Assembly: GCF_006345805.1 (NCBI RefSeq)
Contig: NC_043003.1
Span: 111,104,001-111,168,000, forward strand
Reading direction: 5' to 3'
Length of the DNA stretch: 64,000 nucleotides
From: Octopus sinensis
Lineage: Eukaryota
Position numbers and translations under genes: made by a program. Position 1 is the stretch's first letter. The number at the start of each line of letters is the position of its first letter. Positions 1 through 13,169 of this stretch are shown here, piece by piece. Under the pieces are notes generated by a model. That model saw only the letters and a program-made list of their open reading frames with translations. It was not told the DNA's origin and made no database searches.

Positions 1-107
1 GATAATGTCAGTACATATCCTCATCTGCATATATATATATAAATATGAATATATATATGAATATATACATACATGCACACGCACATCCACACACACATGT
101 ATGTATA

Positions 108-1225
108 TCACACCATATCGGACATAACGTTTGGGGCACTCGATGTCTTAGCGGCAATAAACAAAATTAATCACAATTCAGTTATAGTCGAAGGAGTAAA
201 ATCAAACCCAGCCAAAGTCAGTAGTGGTGATCCACAAGTCACTGTGTTGGACCCGCTACTTTCATCTACATCAACGACATTACTGACATCATGAAGTACA
301 GCATTATAAGAATCTTTGCAGATGATTCCAAGATGCAGGTAATCATTGAAATGGTTGACTGGGGAGGACTTCAAGCAGATCCACTGGATGTCGTTCAATG
401 GGGGAGGGATATGTTGCTAAACGAGGACAATGTGAGTTAATTCACTTCGGAAAACAGGACACCCTTACTTCCCGTGAAGCTCTCATGGCATACAGCAACA
501 TCAGAGACTTGGGAGCAATTGTGAACAACAACAAAAGCTGGACCGCTCATATAAACAGCAGAGTTCACATGGCCCGCAGAATGTGTTCCTGGATTCTCAG
601 AGCATTCCTGACGAGAGATATCCACACCATTATCCTTCTCATCTCCACTTGTGCCCGACCACACTGTGGTCTCCCACACAAAGCAAAGTATCATGAAAGC
701 TGAAGCATTTCGAAGGTTAATTGCAAAAAACATAGATGGCATGACAGGCCTTGGCTATTGGGGCCGACTAGAAAAGCTCACGCTTTATTCTCTCCAACGT
801 CGCCGTGAGCGCTACATCATCAGCATGAGGTGGACAATATTCCATCAGCATTGCCCAAATGACGTTGCCATTGCCTTTGATATAAACTGAAGTATTGGGC
901 CCCGTCTCACCTGCCCACAGCATAAATCATACACGCATCACATAACAATATGTCACAATTATTTCACCTCATTTGGCCCCGCTCTCTATAAAATTACACC
1001 AAAGCACATTAGAGCAAAAACAGGTCCCATAAAGTTTAAGAAGTCTTTCAACAAATTCCTTCAAAAGGTCATGGATAAACCTACTACATCCGGATATGTC
1101 TCCGTAAACAATAACTCTCTGCTCGAGGTATTTCCGATTCGTGATTTGTATAACTTTGCTGGGTGGTGCTATTTAATTAGACATGGCCTGGGCCAACACT
1201 GGCCGAAACCTATCAAAGTATCACA
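108..1225 (+). mobile_element. Decayed, 5'-truncated CR1-group LINE (family A) with an internal deletion of about 0.5 kb in the RT
   Basis: Colinear with the intact copy at 44.9-46.9 kb (HTISDITF, VEGVKS.PAKVSSG, WILRAF, LYSLQRRRERY, GYVSVNNNSLL) but frameshifted. It jumps from cacaattcag (HNS) directly to ttatagtcgaagg (VVEG). It ends in the same catggcctgggccaa..tggccgaaacctatcaaagtatc 3' end. Confidence 0.9.
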
Positions 1226-1228
1226 GTT

Positions 1229-1260
<32 letters not shown>

Positions 1261-1269
1261 AAATATACG

Positions 1270-2480
1270 TAATATAAATCGGAAGAGGAAAATTTCAGTT
1301 GTCACTAATTATGACCGACGGTGTTGAGTAGCACATACATTGTCAGAAATAAGCGCTAAAAGCCATTATAGCCGAAGGAAGCATACCACAGCGATCGAGA
1401 TCACAATACTAGTCTAGTTACCACTTAGAATTAATGCTCATTATTGGTGCTAATCCATTATGAAATGGTTTGGCTACATTTCAACTGTCAGTATATAGTA
1501 TTTCATATATGAATAAGTGGCTGATTCAGCAAAATGGTAATTTGAAATTTAGAAAATATGAAAGCGGATATACGAAATATAAAATCAAAAAGGAAAGATC
1601 AATTGTCACTGAGAGTGTGGGAGAGCACATACATTGTCAGGAATAAGGCCCCTTATAGCTGCAGAAATCTCACTATGCAATGACAGGGTAGATAACAGCC
1701 ACGTGCCAAGTGAGATCACAATAAAATCTAGTAGCTCTTAGTTATATCAATATAGATGCTACGCTGTACCGTCAGTCACAACTAGTGACAATTGTGTAGC
1801 GTAGAGCGCCAGTTTCCGGTCAACCCACCCACGGGCATATATGTTTATATCATGAAAAGTTATGGATGATATAATACATCGCTAATGTCTACACAAATAA
1901 TTAAATGAGGCAGCTAATTAGCAATATTTAAACAGAAAAAGGAAAGCAGTAAATATCATTATGTTTGAGGGTGTTAAGAGCACATGCACAGCTAGAAATG
2001 AGAGAGGAAGGGCTATGTTGCAGCTGTCAACGAACATAACATTGTATACATACATGCTGGCAGCGGCCATAGATACATCGAAAGTGGTGATCGTGATCTC
2101 CTTTTGCCGTACGATTTCAGCAGTAGGCCAAAGCATCGTCAAAAGGGTCAGCACAGTTCGCCAGTTTCTTTTTAGATGAAACAGTGATAACTAGCAGTCT
2201 AGTGTAATTATCTGTACACATATTAGCGATTCGCTAAATCATCCGTAATCTTTCATGGAGACAACATATATGCTTATGCATGTGTTGTCCGGAAACTGGT
2301 GATTTGGGCCGTGCCTTCTGACGCTTCGGCCTAAAGCTGAAAGCGTGCGGTAAAGGTATATCAGGATCGCCACTTTCCGACTATCTACCCTCGCTCCCAG
2401 CATGTATGCATACAGTTTTATGTGCGTTGACTGCGTCAACAGAGCGCTACAACTCTTCTTTAATGTTCTACATCTCTCAC
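1270..2480. repeat. Cluster of four diverged copies of an unidentified ~200-400 bp repeat (three +, one -)
   Basis: Shared blocks gagcacatacattgtcag(a/g)aataag (about 1330, 1620, 1980), gagatcacaata..tctag (about 1400, 1710) and gccagtttccgg..gcatatatgtt..catgaaa (about 1810 and reverse complement about 2250-2300). 1990-2170 (+) aligns to 2290-2470 (-) at roughly 70% by eye. Confidence 0.6.
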
Positions 2481-3499
2481 TCTGTGTGAGTATATATATA
2501 TATATATATACACACACATACAAATACATATATATGTGTGTATGTATATGATATGTATGTGTGTGTGTGTGTCTGTATGGATTTCATTTTGCTCAGTACC
2601 CGACACATCTTCATATTACAGCGTGAAATGCTGGATAGTTTTGCTCTATGATTACTTACAATATTACTGCATTAGCAATATCAATATTGCAAGTAATATT
2701 TACCACAAAGATTCAGCTCGGGGTAATATGATTTGTTTTTTCTTCTATAGCTGCTAGATTGTAGCTGCTATACTAGGGAAGGGATTTTCGACTATGGAAT
2801 GAAATGTTACCACGCGAGTGCTTACAATAGTTGTGTATGCCAAAAAGCATTTCCTTGAATAATGTTTGGGCGTGAACAAGATTAAGTTATTGCACACCTC
2901 TCATCCATTCTCTAATACTACCTCTCCATTGCATACTTCAGGCCATCGTTGCTGTAGATATACTGACAGCAAAATAGCTCTTTATATCATTTAGCACGAA
3001 TTTCACACAATTCGGCCTTTCGTGACATCAAAACACCGTGTAGCCTTCTTTATAAAAAGGAAATCACCCGTCTAAAAATGAAAGAACCTATTACATGAAA
3101 AATATACGCATTTATTGGAGCAATATTAAGCTATTTTATTTCTTTTCATACAGAGTTAACGATAGCTATGGATCGATAACAAATGACGGTCTCCACTTGG
3201 ATATATTTAGGTTAACGTCTCTTTTGATCAACTTTATAGTTAATACAATGTTGTTCCACCAATTCAAATTCGTACGTTTTTTTTCGATAGGCACCTAATC
3301 CACTTAACATATGTGTTTTTACATAATTCTTGTATAAAGACTCCCCGTATTGTCACCAAGAAATTTCCCGATTTCTATCATTAAAAAAAGTACACACGCA
3401 TCTATAAAAACAGGTAAGAATGAAAAATCTGAAATATTCAAGGAACAAATTTGTAAAATAACGGGAATGCACTTTAGTGTATTTATCCCGCGCAACTTA

Positions 3500-3830
3500 T
3501 GCAGCAGAGTCCCAACAATGCCCCTTCTCCACGAGATTCCTCCTTACCTCTCGTGCCCATCTGCTGTGTAGTCGACAAACACGAGCTGACAACCCAACCG
3601 GCTCCTTAATGAAGAGAACACAGTAAGCAGGTTCTAACACGGAAAATCGTGCTACGTGGCCAAACAGTCTGTGCTAGCCTTCCCGAATCATACAAATAAC
3701 AGGAAGCATCCCAGATTCTGAATGAGAACTTGGTTGGATACCAAATCCGTCAATAGAAACCCATAATCCTGCAGAGATTACAGCTGCACCAGCACTTCAC
3801 AGTCCTTTCAGGAGTTCAGACTGGCAGCTT
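3500..3830 (-). mobile_element. RTE-clade LINE 3' remnant
   Basis: Minus-strand translation ...SGMLPVICMIREG*HRLFGHVARFSVLEPAYCVL..PVG.. matches the RTE C-terminal pattern (IRERQLRLFGHVAR..DPA..L). Confidence 0.55.
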
Positions 3831-6081
3831 CTATGAATCTCAATGCCAAAATTTGACAATCCTACTGGCGACAGTAGAGAAATAAAAAGAAATTTGAAAG
3901 TACGACTGAAATACCTACCATTAATTAGAATCATATTTATTGTAACGCTAAATGATTTAAACAGCAATCGTATCTGATATGAGAGCAAATATTGACCTAT
4001 TATTTAGCATTTACTAGAATCTGTTTTAGTAGGCAGGTCACCGGTTCGAAAGTTTCCGCAAATGCACATATATCCAGTAGAACGTAGAGTTGTATCATTA
4101 GAGATAAATGTCTACCCATACCACAAGAAGGTACAGTAATTATACTTAAAGCGAATTGTATGTCATTATGCAAGGCCATAAGACATTTTATTTTTGACAA
4201 TATTTCTTGCTAAGTTTGATAAAATTTTGCGGTAAAGTCGGCTATGCTGATGGCACTAAATTGTAACAGGTAGCATCTAACATCCTTGATGAAGAAAATA
4301 GCGAGTTATAATTGATTCAATATTTCGAAGGCCACGAGCAATAAATACATAGTTAATATTTATAGACACAATTAATCAAAACAGTCAACATTTTCGATCA
4401 AAGTATGGAATTCGAAGCGAAATATTCATGATTAAACTTCTCCGATGTCACGTTTATAAGATATTTCGAAATTATGCCCCTTCAACAAAGAAATTCTTAT
4501 TTCACTCTATATCCACCTAACAAAGAATCTTGCAGCAATTTGAAAGATAAAACTATTAGCATATATTCAATTCATTAACACTTAACTAATAAAGCTTAAC
4601 TAATAAAGACTACTTTGTAATCTTCAAATTATCAATTAAACACACTCCCAAAGATTGCAGTCTTTAGCAAATAAAACCTGAACTATATTGCCACATTGTG
4701 TTCTATATAAGTCACTATACTTGTACGAATTATTTGGTGGACGGGCAAAAGGTGTAATTACCTTTATCACCAAATGAAGATGAGACTAATTTCGATAATC
4801 CCAATTTTCAGTTAACAAGGGAGGTAAACTTTTGTTTTAGTTTATTATTCACAGTGATAACAAGTATGAATATTTACAAAAATATTCAAGATAAAATCAT
4901 TTCCTGGAAAATCATGTTATTATAATCGTAGAAATTAATATTATCAAATAATATCAATTTCAACCAGTGGTCAGCATATTTAGAAATGTCCGAGGACCGT
5001 GAATTCTATTTGAATATAAAAAAATATGAGAGATCACTATGTGCATCCATTGTATGCTAAAAATAGACGTCAAGACATCTTAACAATAACACTGTGTTCT
5101 CAACTTAGTAAGATGCTAGATGCTTACGAGCGAGACAAATGAAAAGAAATAAACATATAATATTATTGGAGAATGTTCGCAATGTTCATTCTCTATGATG
5201 AGTTTGTAGTTAGGTGCAGCCTTCCATACACAAATTTGTATACCGAATATAGTTTGTTTCATTAAATGGAATTATAATTGCAATGAGAAAGAGAATACTA
5301 ATGACATTTAAATCTGCACTGCACTCTAAGTCCTTGATGCAGAAATTCTTTTTTAGAAAATTGTCCAATGACATGGTACAATGAATGTCTGGATAAACTA
5401 TGGTATGGTAATATATTTTATCGTGTATTTGCTCCATCAGGGTGGAATCGAAACTGGAAAACAGTAATACTATAGTGTAATATATGCTTCTAAAAACGTT
5501 TGTATTTAAGGTATCTCAAACAATGTATTATTGCAAAGTGCTGATGATCTTAAGAACTAAATAGAGAAAACTGTAGTGATTGTAAGATTAACAGAAATAT
5601 AATATATACTGATTCGTTTTTATGCAATATGCAATAATTCATCTTAGATCAACATAAAACAAATCAAGATATTCTTAGGATAAACAAGAATATTATTTAC
5701 AATTCATTTTTCTGAAACATTATACGCATTTACAAAAAAAATCATACATATGTTCATATCAAAATACTTCTAGGTATAGAAGTTTGTGTATATGCAAGAA
5801 TATTCTCTATTCATGTATGTGTGTTCATGTGTGTCTGCTGCGATGTGAGTATTTTAATAGATATCTGTAATATTTTTTCGTTAACATATATCTGATTAAG
5901 AACAGAAACCGGATTTACGTATTAAGTCTATCGATTTTCATCTCTTTATTATTTTGTGTTGTAATATTTGATTTATTCTGTGCAATGAGGAACTTATGAT
6001 TACATAAAAAAACAAACTTTTACATGCACAGAGTCACACAATACATTGTGTGTGAATGCATGTACAAATATGCTTATGTAT

Positions 6082-6134
<53 letters not shown>

Positions 6135-6151
6135 CTATATGCATGTATAGG

Positions 6152-6184
<33 letters not shown>

Positions 6185-6469
6185 ATATACAGATACATGC
6201 ATATATATATGTATGCATATGTATGTGTAACAGTGATTCGGTGCGTACATATGCGGTACATGTAATGTAGTTTTTAATATATTCCCATGCAACTGCAATA
6301 CGATACTTATGCTAAAGTAGAGCTAAAATGATTTCATATAACATCCTACGTCCAATAGGATTTCTATTTTCCCGGTTTATATCACGAGCATATCAATTAT
6401 TAATAAGTACATAAATAGATAGATCGAATGAGAGAAAGATAAACATTTATCTGGATATGTTTATGTGTG

Positions 6470-6575
6470 TGGGAAAGCGATGGCCAAGTGCTTAAGCGTC
6501 TTGTATTCGCTATCATGAAATCGTGGTTTCGATTCATGGACCATCTGATCTGCGGCACAGTGAACACCTGCTGCA
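6470..6575 (+). mobile_element. tRNA-derived SINE head fragment
   Basis: A-box-like tggccaagtgcttaag followed by B-box-like ggtttcgattc; no complete cloverleaf or acceptor stem. Confidence 0.35.
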
Positions 6576-6632
6576 CAGGTAATATCAATTTGAGCATATA
6601 TTTAATGAATATGTATCTATGTATGTATGAGC

Positions 6633-6684
<52 letters not shown>

Positions 6685-7223
6685 ATAGAGAGATAGATAC
6701 ATAGATATATATATATATAGATATATATATATATATATAAAATACTCATTAAGTAAGTATAGGATACCACCAACGAGGGAAAAATAAGTAAGCGCACGAA
6801 AGACAAAATACGAATAGAAGATAGCTCGCTCGTCAGTTGTTAAGAACTGTTTTACTATTCCCTATATGAATATATATATATATATATATATAATATATAT
6901 ATATTATATATATATATATATAATTTGTGAGGAAAATGAAAATGGATTACCAAGAATTTTTATTCAACACAACGGTTGTTTCGACCCAGCTTGCTTCTGT
7001 CCATTCTCGTTGGGATATTTTACATCCAGTTGTTTTACATCCATTAGTAAATCCATTTTCCGTTTCCCTCATTCATTATAAACGCAGTGAACACTGCGGA
7101 ATCCCTGACGTAGATCCAGTGACAATTATATCGTAACCATGGACGACAATCGGTAGCTTAAACAATGAAATTGTTCAATCAGGATACTTCTGCATATATG
7201 CTCGAAGTTCGAATATTACTTAT

Positions 7224-8200
7224 ATATCATCTCCTCCCATAAGTAATGTCTTGGTTTCTCTACATTTTAACAGTTTTTTAATGTCTAATAACATCAAGAA
7301 ATATCTATTTGGACATATGTAAGCTAATTAAATTCCATTTTGTAGTATAATTTATTTCACTAATTATAGCTCTTTATAGCGAACAACCTGGAAATATATA
7401 AGGAGCATTTGAGGCATATATTGTTTTATGAGTTTAAAAAAGGAAAAATTGCAGCTGAAGGTAAAAATACTAACTGAGCTTATGAAGGAGAATGACTGAA
7501 TGAAAGAACTTGCAGAAGACGGTTTATAAAATTCAGAAGTGATTTCAGCCTTAAAGATGAGACTCAAACATGATGACCATTTGAGTTACATGACAATTTC
7601 CTTTTGGCAGAATTTCAAGAAGATCATGTAGTTTCAGTTGCAGAATTTGCGAGCAAGCTTCGTTCAAGCCATATAACTATTCACTACCATCTTCAACAAC
7701 TCTGAAAATTGTTGCTTCATGATTTGTATGAAGCCAGCTGCAAGTTCCGAGTGCTTTTCTCTTCGTTCTTGTAAACTCATCTTTCCCTTTTTGGATAGGC
7801 TGATGACCGGTGTGGAAACATGGATCTGTTACCAAAACGTTTAGCCTTGTAGACATTGGTTTGGTGAAGAGGGAAACTACGCAGAACTAAAATCTACCAC
7901 TACCAAAACGAGAACTACATGCAAATAAGGCTTTTTATCTGTTTATTGGAACTTCGAATGAATCATCCACTTTGAATTTCTCCCAACTAATGCAACAATT
8001 AATATCCAAATCCACTGTCAGCAATTAGAGAGCTTGGAAGTTACTTTGAGGAAAAAAGGCCTTCGTTAGTGAATGGAAAGCGAGTGCTGTTTCATCAAGG
8101 CAATGGAGCACCCCACGTCACAGAAAATGGAGGAACTTGGCTGAGAGAAAATTTCTCTTCCGCCTTATTCCTCAGAACTTTTTGTAGTATAATCTAATTC
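7224..8200 (+). mobile_element. Degenerate mariner (DD34D-type) DNA transposon
   Basis: Frameshifted translation gives KEHLRHILFYEFKK..NAAE..LNERTCRRRFIKFRS.DFSLKDE (HTH), FPFLDRLMTGVETWICY (D1 region), IIHFEFLPTNATIN..HCQQLE..RPSLVNGKRVLFHQGNGAPH (D2 region) and LPPYSSEL (YSPDL motif). A 5' TIR-like cccataagtaatg near 7235 resembles the TIR at 57071. Confidence 0.85.
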
Positions 8201-8334
8201 ATTTCACGTTTATAAGATATTTCGAAAATATGCCCGTCAACAAAGAAACCAACAATTTCCACATTAGGAACATTAAAAAAGCACTTCGGTTTTATTTACT
8301 GCATCAGGTTTAAACTTTGCAACAAACTTGGCCC

Positions 8335-9270
8335 TGGCCAAACGGGCTGTCGGCTAGCCGACCGGTTCACTGGACATCTGCAGGATGTGAGTCTACGTAC
8401 AAACATCGGCGTCACACATCATTTTCGCTTGGTCAACGACTCCACCTCAAATATCACCGTCTCCGGTCTTCCTTACATAATGGACCCACCAACTCTAGAC
8501 TCCGCCTGCAACTGCGTTACATCTTTACTCTACATATCTAAAAACCTTTCGGACTCCAGACAACTCCCTCCTCTCAATGACTGTCCCTAGACCTTGCGTG
8601 AAAAATAAAATTTTACCTCATCTTATTTTCACTCATTTATTTTTTTATTTTATTTATTTTAAAAACAACTTTTACCGTTTATTTAACAATTTTTATCGTT
8701 TTATTTTCTTATTTTTTATTCGGTTATTTTTTTATCCCATCTTTATTCGTTTTTTATGCATTTATTTCTGACGCTGTTATACTTGTTATTTCGATCTTTT
8801 TATTATATGTAATTATTATTTTTCATTCTATATTATTTTTTATCCACTTTACTATTTTAATTTTAATTAAATTTTTATTTATTTTATTAATTTTATTTAA
8901 TTTTTATTATATTTAAATTTTTTATATTTTCAGCTTTTATTTTTATTTTTTTTTATTTATTTCTGTCAATGATCTCTTCATGCAATCTTTTCCCTTTGTG
9001 ACTTTATTTTACCAGTTCCTACTTATAATTTGTATTATTTGTACTACTAACAATGTGTTTTAATTTTTATAGCTACACGCGCTCTCTTGACGATGTTTTT
9101 TCCCCCTCCTTCCTGTTGGACTTTGCTATGTCTCCTGTTTCCGAAGAAGAGTTATGTTCGAAACATAAAACAACCATCCTCTCTTTCCTTTCTGAGCGTC
9201 TTATTAATACTTTGCATGTGCTACATACGCACCTTTTTGTTTTTCTTGTCTTTTCTTTCTGTGTCTTTTA
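8335..9270 (+). mobile_element. Penelope-like element 3' remnant: GIY-YIG endonuclease C-terminus, T-rich tract and pLTR with hammerhead motif
   Basis: GQTGCRLADRFTGHLQDV..GVTHHFR.. and GPTNSRLRLQLRYIFTLH resemble the PLE GIY-YIG tail. 9130-9270 is homologous to 33330-33480 (gaagag..gaaac..tctgagcgtc..taatactt). Confidence 0.7.
9136..9172 (+). ncRNA. Degenerate minimal type I hammerhead ribozyme motif (Penelope-associated)
   Basis: tgttt-CCGAAGA-A-gagt(tat)gttc-GAAA-CA-TA-aaaca. Stem I tgttt/aaaca is perfect, stem II has two G.U pairs, and the core has U4C and a broken ACGT palindrome. Confidence 0.5.
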
Positions 9271-9271
9271 A

Positions 9272-9314
<43 letters not shown>

Positions 9315-9690
9315 ACACACACATATATATATACACATACATACATATATATATATACATATACACATACATATATATATATACATACATATATATATAC
9401 ATACATACATACATATATACACATGCATACATATATACATATACACATACATACATATATACATATACACATACATACATATATATATATACACATGCAT
9501 ACATACATATATAACTATATACACATACATACATATATATATATATACATACATATATATATATACACACACACATACATACATATATATATATATACAC
9601 ACACATACATACATATATATATATATACATATATATATATACACATACATATATATATATACACATACATATATATATATATAAATACAC
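9270..9690. repeat. Compound (TA)n/(TACA)n microsatellite
   Basis: Directly visible; it generates the spurious YIYI ORFs. Confidence 0.95.
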
Positions 9691-9721
9691 ATAAAAAAAA
9701 TAAAAAAAAAAAAAATAAAAA

Positions 9722-10850
9722 AAATCCTTAAAAATGTTTTAGCCCGAAGGCCGCGGCCATGCTAGGGCACCACCGCTGAATGAGCCACACTAGTTTGTGA
9801 ATCCACCTCTGATACGTGGCACTTGATCAACAAGGAGTTCGATGCTGCTGCCCGCATCCGTGTCTCCTGTCGTGAGGTAGGTTCATCTGGGACTCCCAAC
9901 AAGAAGGGATCCAGTTTAGTTTTAAAGAAACCCACATCCACACCATGTAAGTCTCTCAGGCATTTAGGGAGGATGTTGAAAAGCTGTGGTCCTCTGAAAC
10001 CCAAGCTGTTGCAGTATCTGGACCTGTATTTTGATGGTGATGTTGGAATCCTTGGCACCACGCAGCGGCGCCCCGTTCTGCGGTTGGAGTAACTTTGAAT
10101 GCCAAAGTTTGGGATAAGACCCTCCAGGATTTTCCAGATGTATATTACTGCATATCTCTCCCGCCTCCGCTCCAGGGAGAAGAGGTTTAATACCTTCAGT
10201 CTTTCCCAGTAGCTGAAATTTTGCATTGAGACGATTTTCTTTGTGTAGCTTCTCTGAGTTGCTTCGAGTTCTGCTGTTTGTTTTATATTGTGTGGTGACC
10301 AAAGTTGGGAGCAGTAGTCCAAGCGGCTGAGGACAAATGTTTTCCATAGGACCATCAGTGTCTCCTTCTCTCTTGTTCTGAAAGTTCGGAGAATCCATCC
10401 AGCTAGCCGTCTGCATTTTATCACCAGATTAGCAATATGCATTTGGAAAGATGCATCATTGCTCATGTCAATGCCCAGGTCACGCACTGATTTTGACTCA
10501 GGGATTGCAATTCTTCCTGGGCCAGTGTATCCAGTCTTCACGTCATTTACCTTTGTGTGCCAGTAGCGCAGGGCCTGGAACTTACCTGCATTAAACTGCA
10601 TGTTGTTGTCCTCAGCCCACCTGTATATTGTGTCCAGCTCATGTTGCAGATGCGCAATATTTTCAGGGTTCTGTATTGCGTGGGAGACCTTTGTGTCATC
10701 TGCATAGCTAGCAAGGGTGGTCATCGTAGCAACTGAAGGCATGTCTGAAAGGGCCACTATGAACATCAGTGGCCCCAAGACAGTGCCCTGTGGGACACCG
10801 CTTGTTATTTGCGTTTCCCTGGAGGTGGCTCCATTGCTCACAACTGCCTG
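9722..10850 (-). mobile_element. 5'-truncated CR1-group LINE (family B), RT C-terminal half, frame open for about 360 codons
   Basis: GVPQGTVLGPLMFIVALSDM, YADDTK, RLDYCSQLWSP, LFSLERRRERY. The 3' end ggtggtgccctagcatggccgcggccttcgggctaaaac differs from family A and resembles the SINE tail. The N-terminus of the track ORF is microsatellite. Confidence 0.92.
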
Positions 10851-10859
10851 TATACATAT

Positions 10860-10899
<40 letters not shown>

Positions 10900-12205
10900 C
10901 GCATACATATATATATATATAAGAATTTATGCGTGTGTAATGTCTGTTGGGTGTGTCTGTGTCGTATATAGGGAACTTAAATTTACGAAATAATATTACA
11001 CAATCACATTTGTGTTTAAAGTGATTGCAATTGATGATTTGTATGTTTACCACAAGAGTATAGTTTACTCTTGAACATTTACGATTAATATTTTACAAGG
11101 AACAGCTTCCTCTCTATTTTTGTAGACTGATTATATTGATTATGTTGAATTTATTGTACAGGAAGTAAAATATTTGATTTAATTAGCGTTATTTCCTTTC
11201 AATACGATCCTAATTATATTTGACCGTTTTCTTTGCAAATTTGTTTCGTTCATGTAACCTTCAATCATACTAAGATTATTGATGAAGTCGACGTTTCTAC
11301 TCAAATGGAATGCAAGACTGTGATTTATTTGTATGAACTGATAAGAGGTACTTCAGCTGACTTTGTCATTTGTGTATCATAACTAATAAAGGTGCATAGT
11401 GACAAACAATCTTTCTGTGGTATTCCTCCAGATGAAAAAAAAAGTTATCGACTTTCTATGTTTAAAAGATATATTAAACACAACTTTTCTATAAGAGATA
11501 ATCGCTCTCCGGACGAATAACACTCCGACCTAGCTTTTCGCAATGTATCTATATTTAGTATAATATACAGAAATCTATTTTAATCTAATATTCATTCTGT
11601 TGCATATAGCGAGTTACTGTACTGTGTAATTAGTGAAACGTTCGTCCAGTGACATAAATATTTCTACAGTCTTCTTGAGGTTAACCGTCATTTATCTGTT
11701 AATGACGAATTGCCTTGAATTCTTTTACTTAAATAAATATTTGCGGAAACATAATGTAATGCTTTGGTTGATTTTGTTGGTGTTGCTCTGTTGTTACTGT
11801 TACCGCTATTAATATTTAGCTTCTGTTCAACCCTGAGCAAACAGATTTTCGCTCATTTTCTGACCATGAAAACTTTGTCAGCTCAGTCCTAATCAAGAAG
11901 AACCTGTACGTTGCATGACACAGGGATTCATATTATACTGTCTTTGTAATTAGCTTCACGTAGCAGATGGTTATTCTGCATATTTTAACATAGAGAATGC
12001 AGTATAACAATAGTTCCACCCTATACATTAATGTTATTTCTGCACACAGCAGAATTATTCTGAAGTTAACTGCTGCACTTCTTTTACAATCTTTGTAGTT
12101 GATGGGTGTTAAACAGAGTGTTCTGAGATATTTAGATAATTTTTCATTTTACAGCCATACTGTGCGCTTGTGTCATTTTATATTGTACTGGGCCGTCTTG
12201 GAAAT

Positions 12206-12851
12206 ACACCGCATTTACGCTGTCGTAATTGTCCCGTAGCGCGATCTGCATCCAAAGGGTTTTCGGGCTAAATTTAATGGTTTCCATAAAAATGACAGAA
12301 AACACAATGTCTCAAATAAATAATTTTTTTTTTTTAATCAGAAAATATCCACTAGATGATGTCCGAAATAACAGTTCCAGCATGACAGCAAGACAGCTCC
12401 CGAGCCTATCACATGCGTATCTCATTGTGTCCATGGAAAGCATTTTGAACTCTTCCTTGATATTGGTCACCACCTTGACCATAGTGCTGCTGGCAGTGCC
12501 GTGGCGTTTTTGCCGACCGCACTGGACACCTTGTAATTCGTTGAATTACAATCGGGGTTATCACGAGGCTAAAAATTGGAGCTGCATATTTTCCTCAAGT
12601 ATGGCTGGGTGCCGAATCCTATTGACACACACATATGGCTTCCCAGCAGGAACCCTCTTCAAACAAGGATTGACTAGTCTTCAGCATCTTCACATTGACG
12701 TCCGATTTGAGCCAAAAGCATTGTTTCTTGGGTTGTCGGAGAGATTCCGGCATGTTGACTTAAGGCGTTCTGCTGACGTTGGCAGAACACCTGCCGTGCC
12801 CCTTCCTGCTGGCCACAACCTCGTACACTCCATTGCAGCTCTCCGTTTCAT
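12206..12851 (-). mobile_element. Internally deleted Tc1/mariner-superfamily transposon (maT/DD37D-like)
   Basis: Minus strand: MKRRAAMEC.. N-terminus (ATG 12851), then LVNPCLKRVPAGKPYVCQ*DSAPSHT, NPDCNSTNYKV (SPDCNPLDY-like) and VTNIKEEFKMLSMDTMRYACDRL..GYF. A TA-flanked terminus-like tactgggccgtc lies at 12206. 12885-13100 may be a second C-terminal remnant. The 212 aa + ORF in the track is its antisense. Confidence 0.7.
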
Positions 12852-13169
12852 ATTTTACGCCTATTGATAGAGCATTGAACAGCAGTCATGAAAATCAAAT
12901 ATCCACATTTGATATCCAACGCAAACCATCATGATACAAGTGACACTTTTCCAATGCTCCAATGCCTTCTATGTCAGCCAGGTCTTTCTCCACGGCAACT
13001 TTAATCTTTGTCTTTCAACGCCGTTGACTGGTAACCAATTCATCGAACATCCGGTGTAATTCGAAGGGATTTAACATAACGTGGCTGGGGGCTGAATTCA
13101 GTTTGCTGAATAAATATCAGTGCCTGGATTGTATACACAGGTGGTCATTGTTTATATTACTTTTGTTTT

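Noticed and set aside
1182-1209. Stem-loop followed by GAAAC at LINE and SINE 3' ends read as a hammerhead
   Set aside because: There is no CUGANGA core upstream; it is better explained as the RT-recognition stem-loop.
6929-7070. Cys-rich ORFs within a ~20-bp imperfect inverted repeat
   Set aside because: No domain match; more likely a tiny decayed TIR element, too weak to call.
12229-12867. 212 aa plus-strand ORF
   Set aside because: It is the antisense of the Tc1/mariner remnant and has no recognisable domain.
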